Positions 37,763 through 49,719 of a DNA stretch of 49,719 bases are shown here, piece by piece. This DNA comes from Nemertoderma westbladi (Eukaryota > Animalia > Xenacoelomorpha). The position numbers and the translations under genes are program-made. How positions within the stretch are numbered: position 1 is the first letter of the stretch; every line of letters begins with the position of its first letter. The notes under the pieces are model-generated. The model was not told where the DNA came from. It searched no databases and saw only the letters and a list, made by a program, of their open reading frames with translations. The stretch covers positions 1 to 49,719 of the forward strand of contig JAUCBJ010005081.1 of the NCBI GenBank assembly GCA_032718475.1, in the 5' to 3' direction.

Positions 37763-38269
37763 GTTATTACAATAATATAACATTAATCCCTTTTAGTTAA
37801 TAAATTTTCAATTTTATTATCGATTCATGTGTGGAGTTCCTATATTCTATTTTAACTTTTTTATATTTATTGGTCAATTTATTGAAATAATGATTAAATT
37901 TCCCAGTTGCCTCGCTTTGGGGCGTAATGATTTTTAAAAAATTAGTCCAAACAATGGAATTAATTGGTGGACCGAGGGTGTATATTAAAATTACAATAAA
38001 AGGTTTTATAAATAATTAAATAAAGGGAATTAATTATTTGTGTCCGGTTGGGCTCTGTTGAGGTTCTATTTATTGATAATGGAAACGACATGTAACATTA
38101 TATTTAATAATAAATTAGTTTGTAGATAATGTGTAACAAAGTGAGTTACTATGCGGCTAACTGTCAAAACCAAGCATCATTCTGCAGCTAAACGCATCAA
38201 CGCAACTGTAAAACTGCAGGGTTCGAATGTGAAGGATAGTCAAGAATACAGGGACAGACAAACCGGTTG

Positions 38270-39963
38270 TATTCCTGTTTCACTATGCGGCACTATCCCT
38301 ATTACGTTGCTGTTTCACTATGCGGCACTATCCCTATTACGTTGCTGTTTCACTATGCGGCACTATCCCTATTACGTTGCTGTTTCACTATGCGGCACTA
38401 TCCCTATTACGTTGTTGTTTCATTATGCAGCACAATCCCTATTTCGTTGCTGTTTCACTATGCGGCACTATCCCTATTACATTGCTGTTTCACAATGCGG
38501 CACTATCCCTATTACGTTGCTGTTTCATTATGCAGCACAATCCCTATTTCGTTGCTGTTTCACTATGCGGCACTATCCCTATTACGTTGCTGTTTCACAA
38601 TGCGGCACTATCCCTATTACGTTGCTGTTTCATTATGCAGCACAATCCCTATTACGTTGCTGTTTCACTATGCGGCACTATCCCTATTACGTTGCTGTTT
38701 CACAATGCGGCACTAACCCTATTACTTTGCTGTTTCATTATGCAGCACAAACCCTATTACGTTGTTGTTTATTATGCAGCATTAACCCTATTAGTTGTTG
38801 TTACATTATGCAGTACTAACCCCATTACGTTGTTGTTCATTATGCAGCAGTAACCCTATTAGTTGCTGTTACATTATGCAGCATTAACCCTATTAGTTGT
38901 TGTTACATTATGCAGCATTAACCCTATTAGTTGTTGTTACATTATGCAGTACTAACCCCATTACGTTGTTGTTCATTATGCAGCACTAACCCTATTAGTT
39001 GCTGTTACATTATGCAGCATTAACCCTATTAGTTGTTGTTACATTATGCAGCATTAACCCTATTAGTTGTTGTTACATTATGCAGTACTAACCCCATTAC
39101 GTTGTTGTTCATTATGCAGCACTAACCCTATTAGTTGCTGTTACATTATGCAGCATTAACCCTATTAGTTGTTGTTACATTATGCAGCATTAACCCTATT
39201 AGTTGTTGTTACATTATGCAGTACTAACCCCATTACGTTGTTGTTCATTATGCAGCACTAACCCTATTAGTTGCTGTTACATTATGCAGCATTAACCCTA
39301 TTAGTTGTTGTTACATTATGCAGTACTAACCCCATTACGTTGTTGTTCATTATGCAGCACTAACCCTATTAGTTGCTGTTTCATTATGCAGTACTAACCC
39401 CATTACGTTGTTGTTCATTATGCAGCACTAACCCAATTAGTTGCTGTTACATTATGCAGCATTAACCCTATTAGTTGCTGTTACATTATGCAGCATTAAC
39501 CCTATTAGTTGTTGTTACATTATGCAGCATTAACCCTATTAGTTGTTGTTACATTATGCAGCATTAACCCTATTAGTTGTTGTTACATTATGCAGTACTA
39601 ACCCCATTACGTTGTTGTTCATTATGCAGCACTAACCCTATTAGTTGCTGTTACATTATGCAGCATTAACCCTATTAGTTGTTGTTACATTATGCAGTAC
39701 TAACCCCATTACGTTGTTGTTCATTATGCAGCACTAACCCTATTAGTTGCTGTTTCATTATGCAGTACTAACCCCATTACGTTGTTGTTCATTATGCAGC
39801 ACTAACCCAATTAGTTGCTGTTACATTATGCAGCATTAACCCTATTAGTTGTTGTTACATTATGCAGCATTAACCCTATTAGTTGTTGTTACATTATGCA
39901 GCACTAACCCTATTAGTTACTGCTTCGTTATGCAGCACTCACCCTATTAGGTTGCTGTTTCAC
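38270..39963. repeat. 34/35-bp tandem array (~48 copies) derived from exon end plus donor
   Basis: Minus unit AACAGCAACTAATAGG|GTTAGTGCTGCATAATG versus the real junction GAAACAGCAACCTAATAGG|GTGAGTGCTGCATAA. Confidence 0.95.
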
Positions 39964-40197
39964 GCTGCGGCTTCGAATAAGTTTCGACTCATCCGGCCAG
40001 TCGAGGAACTTCTCTTTGAATAGGATCGTCTCCATATTCTCATTGATCTTACCGAACAGCGTCCAGGGAGGCCTCGTCTCTGATTGGAGGGGATGTTTTG
40101 TGTTGTCAAGGGGACATATTGGATTGATATCGCAGCCAGTGTAATCGTAGCCTCTATCAAACAATATTCTAGATAACTCCACCGTCAGTTTCCTCTC
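39943..40197 (-). CDS. SVIL: Supervillin-like exon
   Basis: ttttgtag|ERKLTVELSRILFDRGYDYTGCDINP...RPPWTLFGKINENMETILFKEKFLDWPD...QQPNR|gtgagt; DY..CDINP and ETILFKEKFLDW are supervillin signatures. Confidence 0.96.
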
Positions 40198-40424
40198 CTA
40201 CAAAATAATTCAAAGAAATTACAAAAATTGTTAGGAATATCCAACAATTATCCTACATTAAGTGCCAGCGCATAGAGTTGTATTTCAGGGCCTGCTGTTT
40301 CAGTAAATTGCAAAATTTATTTTTACCTTTTAATTATAGTGATTGACAAACGATTTGTCACAGAAATAGAGGACATTCTGCAAGATTGATATGAACGAAA
40401 ATTATTGAGTTTCTTATAACGATG

Positions 40425-40735
40425 TAACACGCGGATCCGGATTTACGTACATTCCGGAACAATGCGATTCAGAAATACGCAATCCGTATATATTACAGTG
40501 TAACTGATCCAAATCTCACTGAATCCCGGATCCATGCAGTAACCCTTTGTAATTAACTTGAATCCGCGTTTTAAACTCGATTCCGGATTCAGTAAATTTA
40601 GCTGTTCACGGATCCGCAGACTACCGGTACACCCTAAAAATGTAAAATCAGTCGACTTCTATAGGAACAATGTTAACTGATAGAATCCGGATCCGGATCC
40701 GGATCCGCGTTTTACTCTGATCCGGATCCGCTTCT
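40425..40735. repeat. GGATCC-rich dispersed repeat, related to 11845-12110
   Basis: GTAAAACGCGGATCCGGATC (from 11851) recurs reverse-complemented at ~40696-40715. Both loci have many GGATCC/GAATCC motifs. Confidence 0.55.
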
Positions 40736-41322
40736 TACTCTGACACACGTACAAAGTCATGATGACAAACACTGTCTGGCAGCTCGATTATACCCCAAAA
40801 TCGAGAGAAAAAGTTGCACGTTTTCACTGGGAGAAACAGTAACCCATAGAATTGCATTGATTTTACATTTTTTCCCGGCGAAAAAAGTAAAATAAAATAT
40901 TTTTGATGGAATATCTTAAATTTTAATACATGTGTTGAAAGAGCATAGACGTAGAATAGGTTTCCACGTAATTTGAGCAAAATAAATTCACATATTTAAA
41001 AGTTATGCGGACAATAAAGTGTTTATTGTTCGTACTTTGGCGGGTTTAAAGAAAATAAGTTAACATGTGCGAAACGAGTTCATTATTTACTTAATATAAG
41101 TAGTAAATTTTTGCCGATATGCCAATGTAGAAGATGCAGGCTGATAATTCTGACTGTATATTTTATTTTTGTGCTCAGCTTACCTGTTTGTGCTTTATTA
41201 CTGTTTTAAAAAAATTAATTTACAAATTAATTACAAATTAACCTCGGTTGGAGACGTATATATAATATAAGAAAAAAAATGTAAGTAGTAATAATTGAGT
41301 AATGCGATCAATACTAACTAAC

Positions 41323-41410
41323 CTCAGGAGATGCTGTCTTCCCCAACCAACAATAAACTTCAGTTCCGAAATCGAACACCAGTGTCGAATTTTCCTGAAA
41401 CATTTCTCTT
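41323..41410 (-). CDS. SVIL: Supervillin-like exon (most upstream complete exon in the window)
   Basis: ttatttacag|A-REMFQENSTLVFDFGTEVYCWLGKTASPE|gttagt; phase 2/0; matches LVFDFG.EVY.W.GK. Confidence 0.92.
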
Positions 41411-42250
41411 CTGTAAATAAAAATAGTTTTATCGGTGATAAATTCAAATATATACATATAAATTTTATCTTAAAAATCCAAATTTTCTCAATATAATTTG
41501 TAAAAAACTGCGCATAAATCTAGTTATTTCGCTCGCTATTATTACATTGTATACCACCCTCATCCCCCCCCCCCCCCCCCCCCCCCCCCCTCAAGAAACC
41601 GCCGTATGTTATTTCTAGAACAACTTTTACAGTTTCTTTCTTTCTTGCACCGTTACAGCGGCCTAGCTATAAAATACGTAGTTAAAAGACCAAAGCGAAA
41701 GGGTAAAATAAGTTGTCAAGAAAGTCCCTTCGATACGTGTGATAAATACGAATATTATCTGATTTACAGAGTATTACCTGGTATAGTTACTGTTTTATAT
41801 TGTTATTTTGAATATAGTAAGTAACTTATTCGTTTTTTAGTAATCTATTAGTAATGTAATACAGAATATATATTTGTTAGCATTGAAAGGGAGGGTTAAG
41901 CGTACACTGGCATTATGCGATATATTTACGTTAATTAGTAAGTTGAAAGGTCAAAGTATGCCTTTAGGCAACATTGTAGAATATCAAAACTGCATTGAAT
42001 TTGTACATTAATATTAGGGCATTACTACACATAGAAAATATATTTTTATACTAGCTAGTTTTTGCTACTTTATTTCTAATATTATAGAACATGTTAGGTA
42101 GTTATCAATTAAGAAAAAGATTAATGTTCTAGAACACATTTTGTTTTCTTTTAGAACATTGGCATTGGTGTCATCAGAAAATGACACTAAATTACGGTTC
42201 ATTGTGTATATCTATATCTATATTTTGTATAAAAAAACTAGCTTAGTAGA

Positions 42251-42354
42251 TAATTACTAGCTACCCTGGCTATCTAATAAAAATTACTAGCTACCCTGGC
42301 TATCTAATAAAAATTACTAGCTATCCTGGCTATCTAATAAAAATTACTAGCTAC
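42251..42354. repeat. 30-bp tandem repeat, ~3.5 copies
   Basis: AAATTACTAGCTACCCTGGCTATCTAATAA repeated. Confidence 0.9.
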
Positions 42355-45300
42355 AAATTTCATTAAGGTTTAAATTATAATTTATTTGACTAGCTAATAA
42401 AAAGTACTAGTACTAAGTTTTTTTATTAGCTAATAAAATCTACAGAATTAGCAGCTACCATCTTACTGTTAGAAAAACAAGTGTACCCAAGGTGTAGTAA
42501 TGCCAATATTAGCTGCGATTAAACAAACAGTTCAGAAGTTATAAACGAAAGTTATAATAAAAATAGCTGACATTCAAAATGACAATAAAATACTCCAGAT
42601 GCGAAACCGTCACCAATAATTAAATGGGTTTGTTACATCAAGTGTTTGAGACAGTCTTTACTGCAGTAATAGAAGTTTTAGGACTCGGATATTTAAATGA
42701 TATGTTAATCACGTGGAGAGCGACACAACTGTTGAAGAGTGAGACCGTACTGATACAGAAGGGGAAGGTGAAGTTAGCAGCAGTTAGTAAACGAAAACAA
42801 ACGCGACTAATAGATTCGATAAAGAAATACCAAAAACCGTTAAGTTGCAGAAACAATAGTTACACAGTGCCCGAGGTATGCGTTGGGTCACACGGAGTTG
42901 GTAGAACAGCTGGTATCAGTAGTGGTGCGGGGAGTAGTTCATGGGTGAGTGGTGGAGAAGAGATTGGAAGAGAGGAAGATATTGACGAGGGGTCTAGTGG
43001 TGGATCTTGGATTAGGGGTACTCGTATTGTTGGGAAGGGGATTGGCGGCGCGGGGATTGCTAGACCGGGGATTGGTTGGATTCCAAAAGGAAGTAGACGA
43101 GCTCACAGATCACGTGACCACTCCCATAATAGCCGTGTCCGAAGTCTACTGTCGCCGACCCTGGACGACCGGCCCAGACTGTTGTCATGGAGACCGCTAA
43201 CCGACGGCGACGACGTTAGCAACCATGCCCGAGACTCTAGCGGGTCACATATTTCTCTGACAGACTCCGTGGCGCCATACACAGAGTCACAAATAGATAA
43301 TTAGTACTGGGGGAGTGGGTTAGCCAAATAAAAAAGGTGACAAATTTCTTAGTGAGTATCTGTTGGTATAAATATGACAAAAAACCCAGACTCCCAAGAT
43401 CTGGATCATAACACAACACATTCCTTAGCAACATGTACTTAATCGTTTTTATGAAAACAGTCTTTAGTCTAATGTTACCAATTTAGTTTCCAGAACAAAG
43501 CAAATTAGTCTAACTAATCATAAAATCTCCGCTAACATTTAGTGGAAATAGTACACAGTACTAGTGTTTTGTACCCCCCCCCCCCCCCCCCACACCTCCT
43601 CAAAACACACTAGTACCATAGTACACATAGATGCGGACCTCCTTACTGTAATAATATGGTGGAATTTTCTATGTCTAAAAATTGTTTGCGACTCCTAGTT
43701 ACCGAGATATTAAAGCAACTAATGTACGACAGACCGGTGTACATTGTATTCCTTTTCGCTTGAATCTCAACTTATTGTACGCTTTTCTGGAACATAATTA
43801 TTTCTATCTTTATTCTCCCATATTCTACCTTTTGTGGGGCGAGCCACGACGTATGTGAGCCTTGGCATCGACTGACTGATGTCTGTCGTCGGAAGTATAC
43901 CCCGGTATTGGGTGTCTTTGGTGGGGCAATTACCTTGGAAGTATACCCCAGTATTGGGTGTATGATGGGGCAATTACCTTGGAAGTATACCCCAGTATTG
44001 GGTGTGTTTGGTGGGGCAATTACCTTGGAAGTATACCCCAGTATTGGGTGTATGGTGGGGCAATTACCTTGGAAGTATACCCCAGTATTGGGTGTGTTTG
44101 GTGGGGCAATTACCTTGGAAGTATACCCCAGTATTGGGTGTATGGTGGGGCAATTACCTTGGAAGTATACCCCAGTATTGGGTGTGTTTGGTGGGGCAAT
44201 TACCTTGGAAGTATACCCCAGTATTGGGTGCGTTTGGTGGGGCAATTACCTTGGAAGTATACCCCAGTATTGGGTGTGTTTGGTGGGGTAATTACCTTGG
44301 AAGTATACCCCAGTATTGGGTGTGTTTGGTGGGGTAATTACCTTGGAAGTATACCCCAGTATTGGGTGTGTTTGGTGGGGTAATTACCTTGGAAGTATAC
44401 CCCAGTATTGGGTGTGTTTGGTGGGGTAATTACCTTGGAAGTATACCCCAGTATTGGGTGTGTTTGGTGGGGTAATTACCTTGGAAGTATACCCCAGTAT
44501 TGGGTGTGTTTGGTGGGGTAATTACCTTGGAAGTATACCCCAGTATTGGGTGTGTTTGGTGGGGCAATTACCTTGGAAGTATACCCCAGTATTGGGTGTG
44601 TTTGGTGGGGTAATTACCTTGGAAGTATACCCCAGTATTGGGTGTGTTTGGTGGGGTAATTACCTTGGAAGTATACCCCAGTATTGGGTGTGTTTGGTGG
44701 GGCAATTACCTTGGAAGTATACCCCAGTATTGGGTGCGTTTGGTGGGGCAATTACCTTGGAAGTATAGCCCAGTATTGGGTGTATGGTGGGGCAATTACC
44801 TTGGAAGTATACCCCATTATTGGGTGTATGGTGGGGCAATTACCTTGGAAGTATACCCAAGTATTGGGTGTGTTTGGGTGGGGCAATTACCTTGGAAGTA
44901 TACCCCAGTATTGGGTGTGTTTGGGTGGGGCAATTACCTTGGAAGTATACCCCAGTATTGGGTGTGTTTGGTGGGGCAATTACCTTGGAAGTATACCCCA
45001 GTATTGGGTGTATAGTGGGGCAATTACCTTGGAAGTATACCCAAGTATTGGGTGTGTTTGGGTGGGGCAATTACCTTGGAAGTATACCCCAGTATTGGGT
45101 GTGTTTGGGTGGGGCAATTACCTTGGAAGTATACCCCAGTATTGGGTGTGTTTGGTGGGGCAATTACCTTGGAAGTATACCCCAGTATTGGGTGCGTTTG
45201 GTGGGGCAATTACCTTGGAAGTATAGCCAGGTATTGGGTGTATGGTGGGGCAATTACCTTGGAAGTATACCCCAGTATTGGGTGTATGGTGGGGCAATTA

Positions 45301-45542
45301 CCTTGGAAGTATACCCCAGTATTGTGTGTGTTTGGTGGGGCAATTACCTTGGAAGTATACCCCAGTATTGGGTGTGTTTGGTGGGGCAATTACCTTGGAA
45401 GTATACCCCAGTATTGGGTGTGTTTGGTGGGGCAATTACCTTGGATGTATACCCCAGTATTGGGTATATGGTGGGGCAATTACCTTGGAAGTATACCCAA
45501 GTATTGGGTGTGTTTGGGTGGGGCAATTACCTTGGAAGTATA

Positions 45543-47251
45543 CTACTACTACTAGGATCGGCATGCTGCATTGCAGCTGCATTTTTAAGAATGCTGTGCC
45601 GGCTTGTCAACAAATTTGCACCGCCACAACTCCCTATCACCCATGACATTTGCTAGATCATCCGCATCTTTAAGGCCAGTGTCCTTTAAGATGCGTCTCA
45701 AGAAAGTCATGGGCTGTCCACCATGCTTATTCACTCCATGAGGCTGCCAAAGTACAAGATTATGCACTGGCTGGTCCTCACGGCGAAAGCAATGTCCTGC
45801 AAAGCGGAGGCGATTTTGTTCTAGTGTCAAGCTTGGGGGAACCAATGAGACACCTCCAATGTTATATAGTGTCTGGTTGGAGATGTGTGCATTGTACTTG
45901 ACACAATGAACCCGGCGTAGCATTCTTGTGAATGTGCCGTCCAGAGATTTGGTGTCCTCAGCAGTTAGAGCCCAGCATGGACTCCCGTAGAGGAGTACTG
46001 GAACTACTGCTGCTCTAAATAATCGGACCTTAAGTTTCCGATTAATTCTAGGTGACTTCCAAATCCTGGAAAGCCTATTCAAGGCTGCCCATGCCTTTCC
46101 CTTACGTATTCGAAGGTCCTCACCTGACTTCCGGATCCATGATCCCAGGTAACAGAAGTCGTCCACATGCTCAAGCATACCATCCTTTGAGTTTATGATC
46201 ATCCGATCAGAGACTTGCTGAGGACTTTCAAAGTTAACTGTCAGAATTTTGGTCTTTCTGGAGTTAATAAAAAGACCAACACTAGAAGCAGCATGTTCTA
46301 ATGAGCTGAGGAGCCGTTGGGCTCCCTCTAATGATTCTGAGAGTACTCCTAAGTCATCAGCAAAGTCTAGATCAGTTAGATACTTGGCAGGATTTCCTCG
46401 ACTTCCTGAGCCAGTAGGTGGAGTTATCATCACCCCATCATCATTATGATGATCTAAGGACATGCGTAGAACATAGTCTACCACAATAATGAACAAGAAT
46501 GGTGCAAGTGTGTCTCCCTGGAGGACGCCCCATAACACTTCAAATGGTTCTGTGTCACCGTCAACAGTAGACACAAATGTTGTCGAACCATCGTATACTG
46601 ATCTGATTGCTGCAATAATTTCATCAGGAATCCCATATAATGAAAGTATGCTGAACATACGTGACCGAGAGACTGAATCAAAGGCCTTGAAGAAGTCAAC
46701 AAAGATAACAGCCAGATGCCTGTCTTTCTTTTTTGATAATTCTTCAATTATCCTTCTAAGAGCCAAAATGGGCTTCATGGTCCCACGACCTTTACGGAAC
46801 CCATTCTGATTTCCACGGAGCAGTCTCTCAATGGGATCCCTGATGCGATTTAATAGAATCCTATTGTATAGCTTTGCAGCAATCGAGATCAATGAGATTC
46901 CCCGAAAAGAACCATAGAGTGTTAGGTTGCCCTTCTTGGGAACTGGCACCAACTTATTTGTTTTCATTTCTTGTGGGACTCTTGTTGTTCGGTACATGTC
47001 TACTATGATGGGATAGATGAGCTTTAAACACTCAGGTATTTTAAAGACCTCAGGGGGAACACCATCTACTCCACTGGCACGATTGGTCTTAATGCTCTTT
47101 GCAGCAGCCTTCACTTCTGCAAAGGAGATATCGCCAATGGGAATATCTGGGAGTACAGACTCAGACACTTTTACTTCTATAAAGTTATCAGGCAATACCC
47201 TGTCATTATTGAGGAGCTTTTCAAAGTGGGCTTTCCAACCATTAAGGCGAA
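45543..47251 (-). mobile_element. 5'-truncated RTE-clade LINE with (TAG)n tail and 11-bp TSD
   Basis: TSD TTGGAAGTATA at 45532-45542 and 47252-47262; microsatellite tail; uninterrupted RT frame. Confidence 0.93.
45585..47251 (-). CDS. RTE-type reverse transcriptase, N-terminally truncated (no endonuclease, no native start)
   Basis: PVPKKG, FRGISL, QNGFRKGR, FVDFFKAFDSV, GVLQGDTLAPFLF, LDFADD, FCYLGS, RLRFAGH. Confidence 0.9.
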
Positions 47252-49719
47252 TTGGAAGTATAGCCCAGTATTGGGTGTATGGTGGGGCAATTACCTTGGA
47301 AGTATACCCCAGTATTGGGTGTATGGTGGGGCAATTACCTTGGAAGTATACCCCAGTATTGGGTGTGTTTGGTGGGGCAATTACCTTGGAAGTATACCCC
47401 AGTATTGGGTGTGTGTTGGTGGGGCAATTACCATGGAAGTATACCCCAGTATTGGGTGTATGGTGGGGCAATTACCTTGGAAGTATACCCCAGTATTGGG
47501 TGTGTGGTGGGGCAATTACCTTGGAAGTATACCCCAGTATTGGGTGTGTGGTGGGGCAATTACCTTGGAAGTATACCCCAGTATTGGGTGTGTGTTGGTG
47601 GGGCAATTACCATGGAAGTATACCCCAGTATCGGGTGTATGGTGGGGCAATTACCTTGGAAGTATACCCCAGTATTGGGTGTGTTTGGTGGGGCAATTAC
47701 CTTGGAAGTATACCCCAGTATTGGGTGTGTTTGGTGGGGCAATTACCTTGGAAGTATACCACAGTATTGGGTGTATGGTGGGGCAATTACCTTGGAAGTA
47801 TACCCCAGTATTGGGTGTGTGGTGGGGCAATTACCTTGGAAGTATACCCCAGTATTGGGTGTGTGGTGGGGCAATTACCTTGGAAGTATACCCCAGTATT
47901 GGGTGTGTGTTGGTGGGGCAATTACCATGGAAGTATACCCCAGTATCGGGTGTATGGTGGGGCAATTACCTTGGAAGTATACCCCAGTATTGGGTGTGTT
48001 TGGTGGGGCAATTACCTTGGAAGTATACCCCAGTATTGGGTGTGTGGTGGGGCAATTACCTTGGAAGTATACCCCAGTATTGGGTGTGTGTTGGTGGGGC
48101 AATTACCTTGGAAGTATACCCCAGTATTGGGTGTGTGTTGGTGGGGCAATTACCTTGGAAGTATACCCCAGTATTGGGTGTGTGGTGGGGCAATTACCTT
48201 GGAAGTATACCCCAGTATTGGGTGTGTTTGGTGGGGCAATTACCTTGGAAGTATACCCCAGTATTGGGTGCGTTTGGTGGGGCAATTACCTTGGAAGTAT
48301 ACCCCAGTATTGGGTGTATGGTGGGGCAATTGCCTTGGAAGTATACCCCAGTATTGGGTGTGTTTGGTGGGGCAATTACCTTGGAAGTATACCCCAGTAT
48401 TGGGTGTGTTTGGTGGGGCAATTACCTTGGAAGTATACCCCAGTATTGGGTGTATGGTGGGGCAATTGCCTTGGAAGTATACCCCAGTATTGGGTGTGTT
48501 TGGTGGGGCAATTACCTTGGAAGTATACCCCAGTATTGGGTGTATGGTGGGGCAATTACCTTGGAAGTATGCCCCAGTATTGGGTGTGTTTGGTGGGGTA
48601 ATTACCTTGGAAGTATACCCCAGTATTGGGTGTGTTTGGTGGGGTAATTACCTTGGAAGTATACCCCAGTATTGGGTGTGTTTGGTGGGGTAATTACCTT
48701 GGAAGTATACCCCAGTATTGGGTGTGTTTGGTGGGGCAATTACCTTGGAAGTATACCCCAGTATTGGGTGTGTTTGGTGGGGTAATTACCTTGGAAGTAT
48801 ACCCCAGTATTGGGTGTGTTTGGTGGGGTAATTACCTTGGAAGTATACCCCAGTATTGGGTGTGTTTGGTGGGGCAATTACCTTGGAAGTATACCCCAGT
48901 ATTGGGTGCGTTTGGTGGGGCAATTACCTTGGAAGTATAGCCCAGTATTGGGTGTATGGTGGGGCAATTACCTTGGAAGTATACCCCATTATTGGGTGTA
49001 TGGTGGGGCAATTACCTTGGAAGTATACCCAAGTATTGGGTGTGTTTGGGTGGGGCAATTACCTTGGAAGTATACCCCAGTATTGGGTGTGTTTGGGTGG
49101 GGCAATTACCTTGGAAGTATACCCCAGTATTGGGTGTGTTTGGTGGGGCAATTACCTTGGAAGTATACCCCAGTATTGGGTGTATAGTGGGGCAATTACC
49201 TTGGAAGTATACCCAAGTATTGGGTGTGTTTGGGTGGGGCAATTACCTTGGAAGTATACCCCAGTATTGGGTGTGTTTGGGTGGGGCAATTACCTTGGAA
49301 GTATACCCCAGTATTGGGTGTGTTTGGTGGGGCAATTACCTTGGAAGTATACCCCAGTATTGGGTGTGTTTGGGTGGGGCAATTACCTTGGAAGTATACC
49401 CCAGTATTGGGTGTGTTTGGTGGGGCAATTACCTTGGAAGTATACCCCAGTATTGGGTGTGTTTGGTGGGGCAATTACCTTGGAAGTATACCCCAGTATT
49501 GGGTGTGTTTGGTGGGGCAATTACCTTGGAAGTATACCCCAGTATTGGGTGTGTTTGGTGGGGCAATTACCTTGGAAGTATACCCCAGTATTGGGTGTGT
49601 TTGGTGGGGCAATTACCTTGGAAGTATACCCCAGTATTGGGTGTATAGTGGGGCAATTACCTTGGAAGTATACCCCAGTATTGGGTGTGTTTGGGTGGGG
49701 CAATTACCTTGGAAGTATA

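Larger units (their letters stand above)
43891..49719. repeat. 44-47-bp tandem array of the donor junction of the next upstream supervillin exon; interrupted by an RTE and running off the window
   Basis: Minus unit ACACCCAATACTGGGGTATACTTCCAAG|GTAATTGCCCCACCAAAC encodes TQYWGILP-AG|gt. This joins phase-2 exon 41410 to give YWGILPRREMFQENSTLVFDFG, colinear with supervillin [22 protein letters not shown] as I recall it. Confidence 0.93.

Noticed and set aside
38151-38853. Cys-rich ORFs of 149-222 aa
   Set aside because: Translations of the 35-bp array.
41395-41397. Alternative acceptor TTTCAG|GAA for the 41323 exon
   Set aside because: Phase 0 does not fit the upstream phase-2 donor; the acceptor giving an exon start at 41410 restores frame and colinearity.
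41563-41590. Poly-C/poly-G tracts (also ~6472-6489 and ~43574-43591) as PPTs or G4 elements
   Set aside because: No adjacent LTR or other supporting structure seen, and homopolymer lengths are unreliable.
43767-49703. Many overlapping ORFs, including the N-terminal extension of the 628-aa RT ORF
   Set aside because: Satellite translations. The RT ORF is real only up to the insertion boundary at 47251.

Overview
AT-rich animal (invertebrate-like) genomic DNA, not prokaryotic. (1) Minus strand, ~14.0-49.7 kb: the 3' part of a supervillin-like gene. I traced nine exons with GT-AG boundaries and consistent phases, encoding gelsolin repeats and a villin headpiece. About half the window is tandem arrays, and most are amplified copies of this gene's own splice junctions: five donor arrays, one acceptor array and one 4-kb AG-free array abutting an acceptor. 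(2) 1-5056: the probable 3' end of an LTR retroelement. An 866-aa accessory ORF (degenerate DEDDy 3'-5' exonuclease-like fold, CCHC knuckles, basic tail) is followed by a PPT and a ~2-kb LTR. The LTR carries covarying RNA hairpins: six K-turn/UUCG hairpins, plus a GAAA-capped motif that also occurs inside the ORF. (3) 7.0-13.3 kb: three nested insertions, a short RTE stub split by a TIR element that contains a young but defective Gypsy element. (4) Also present: a Penelope-type minimal hammerhead ribozyme in an intron, a 5'-truncated RTE LINE inside a splice-donor array, and a decayed LINE. Most long ORFs in the ORF track are repeat artefacts. All analysis was by eye; family assignments rest on remembered motifs and need database confirmation.
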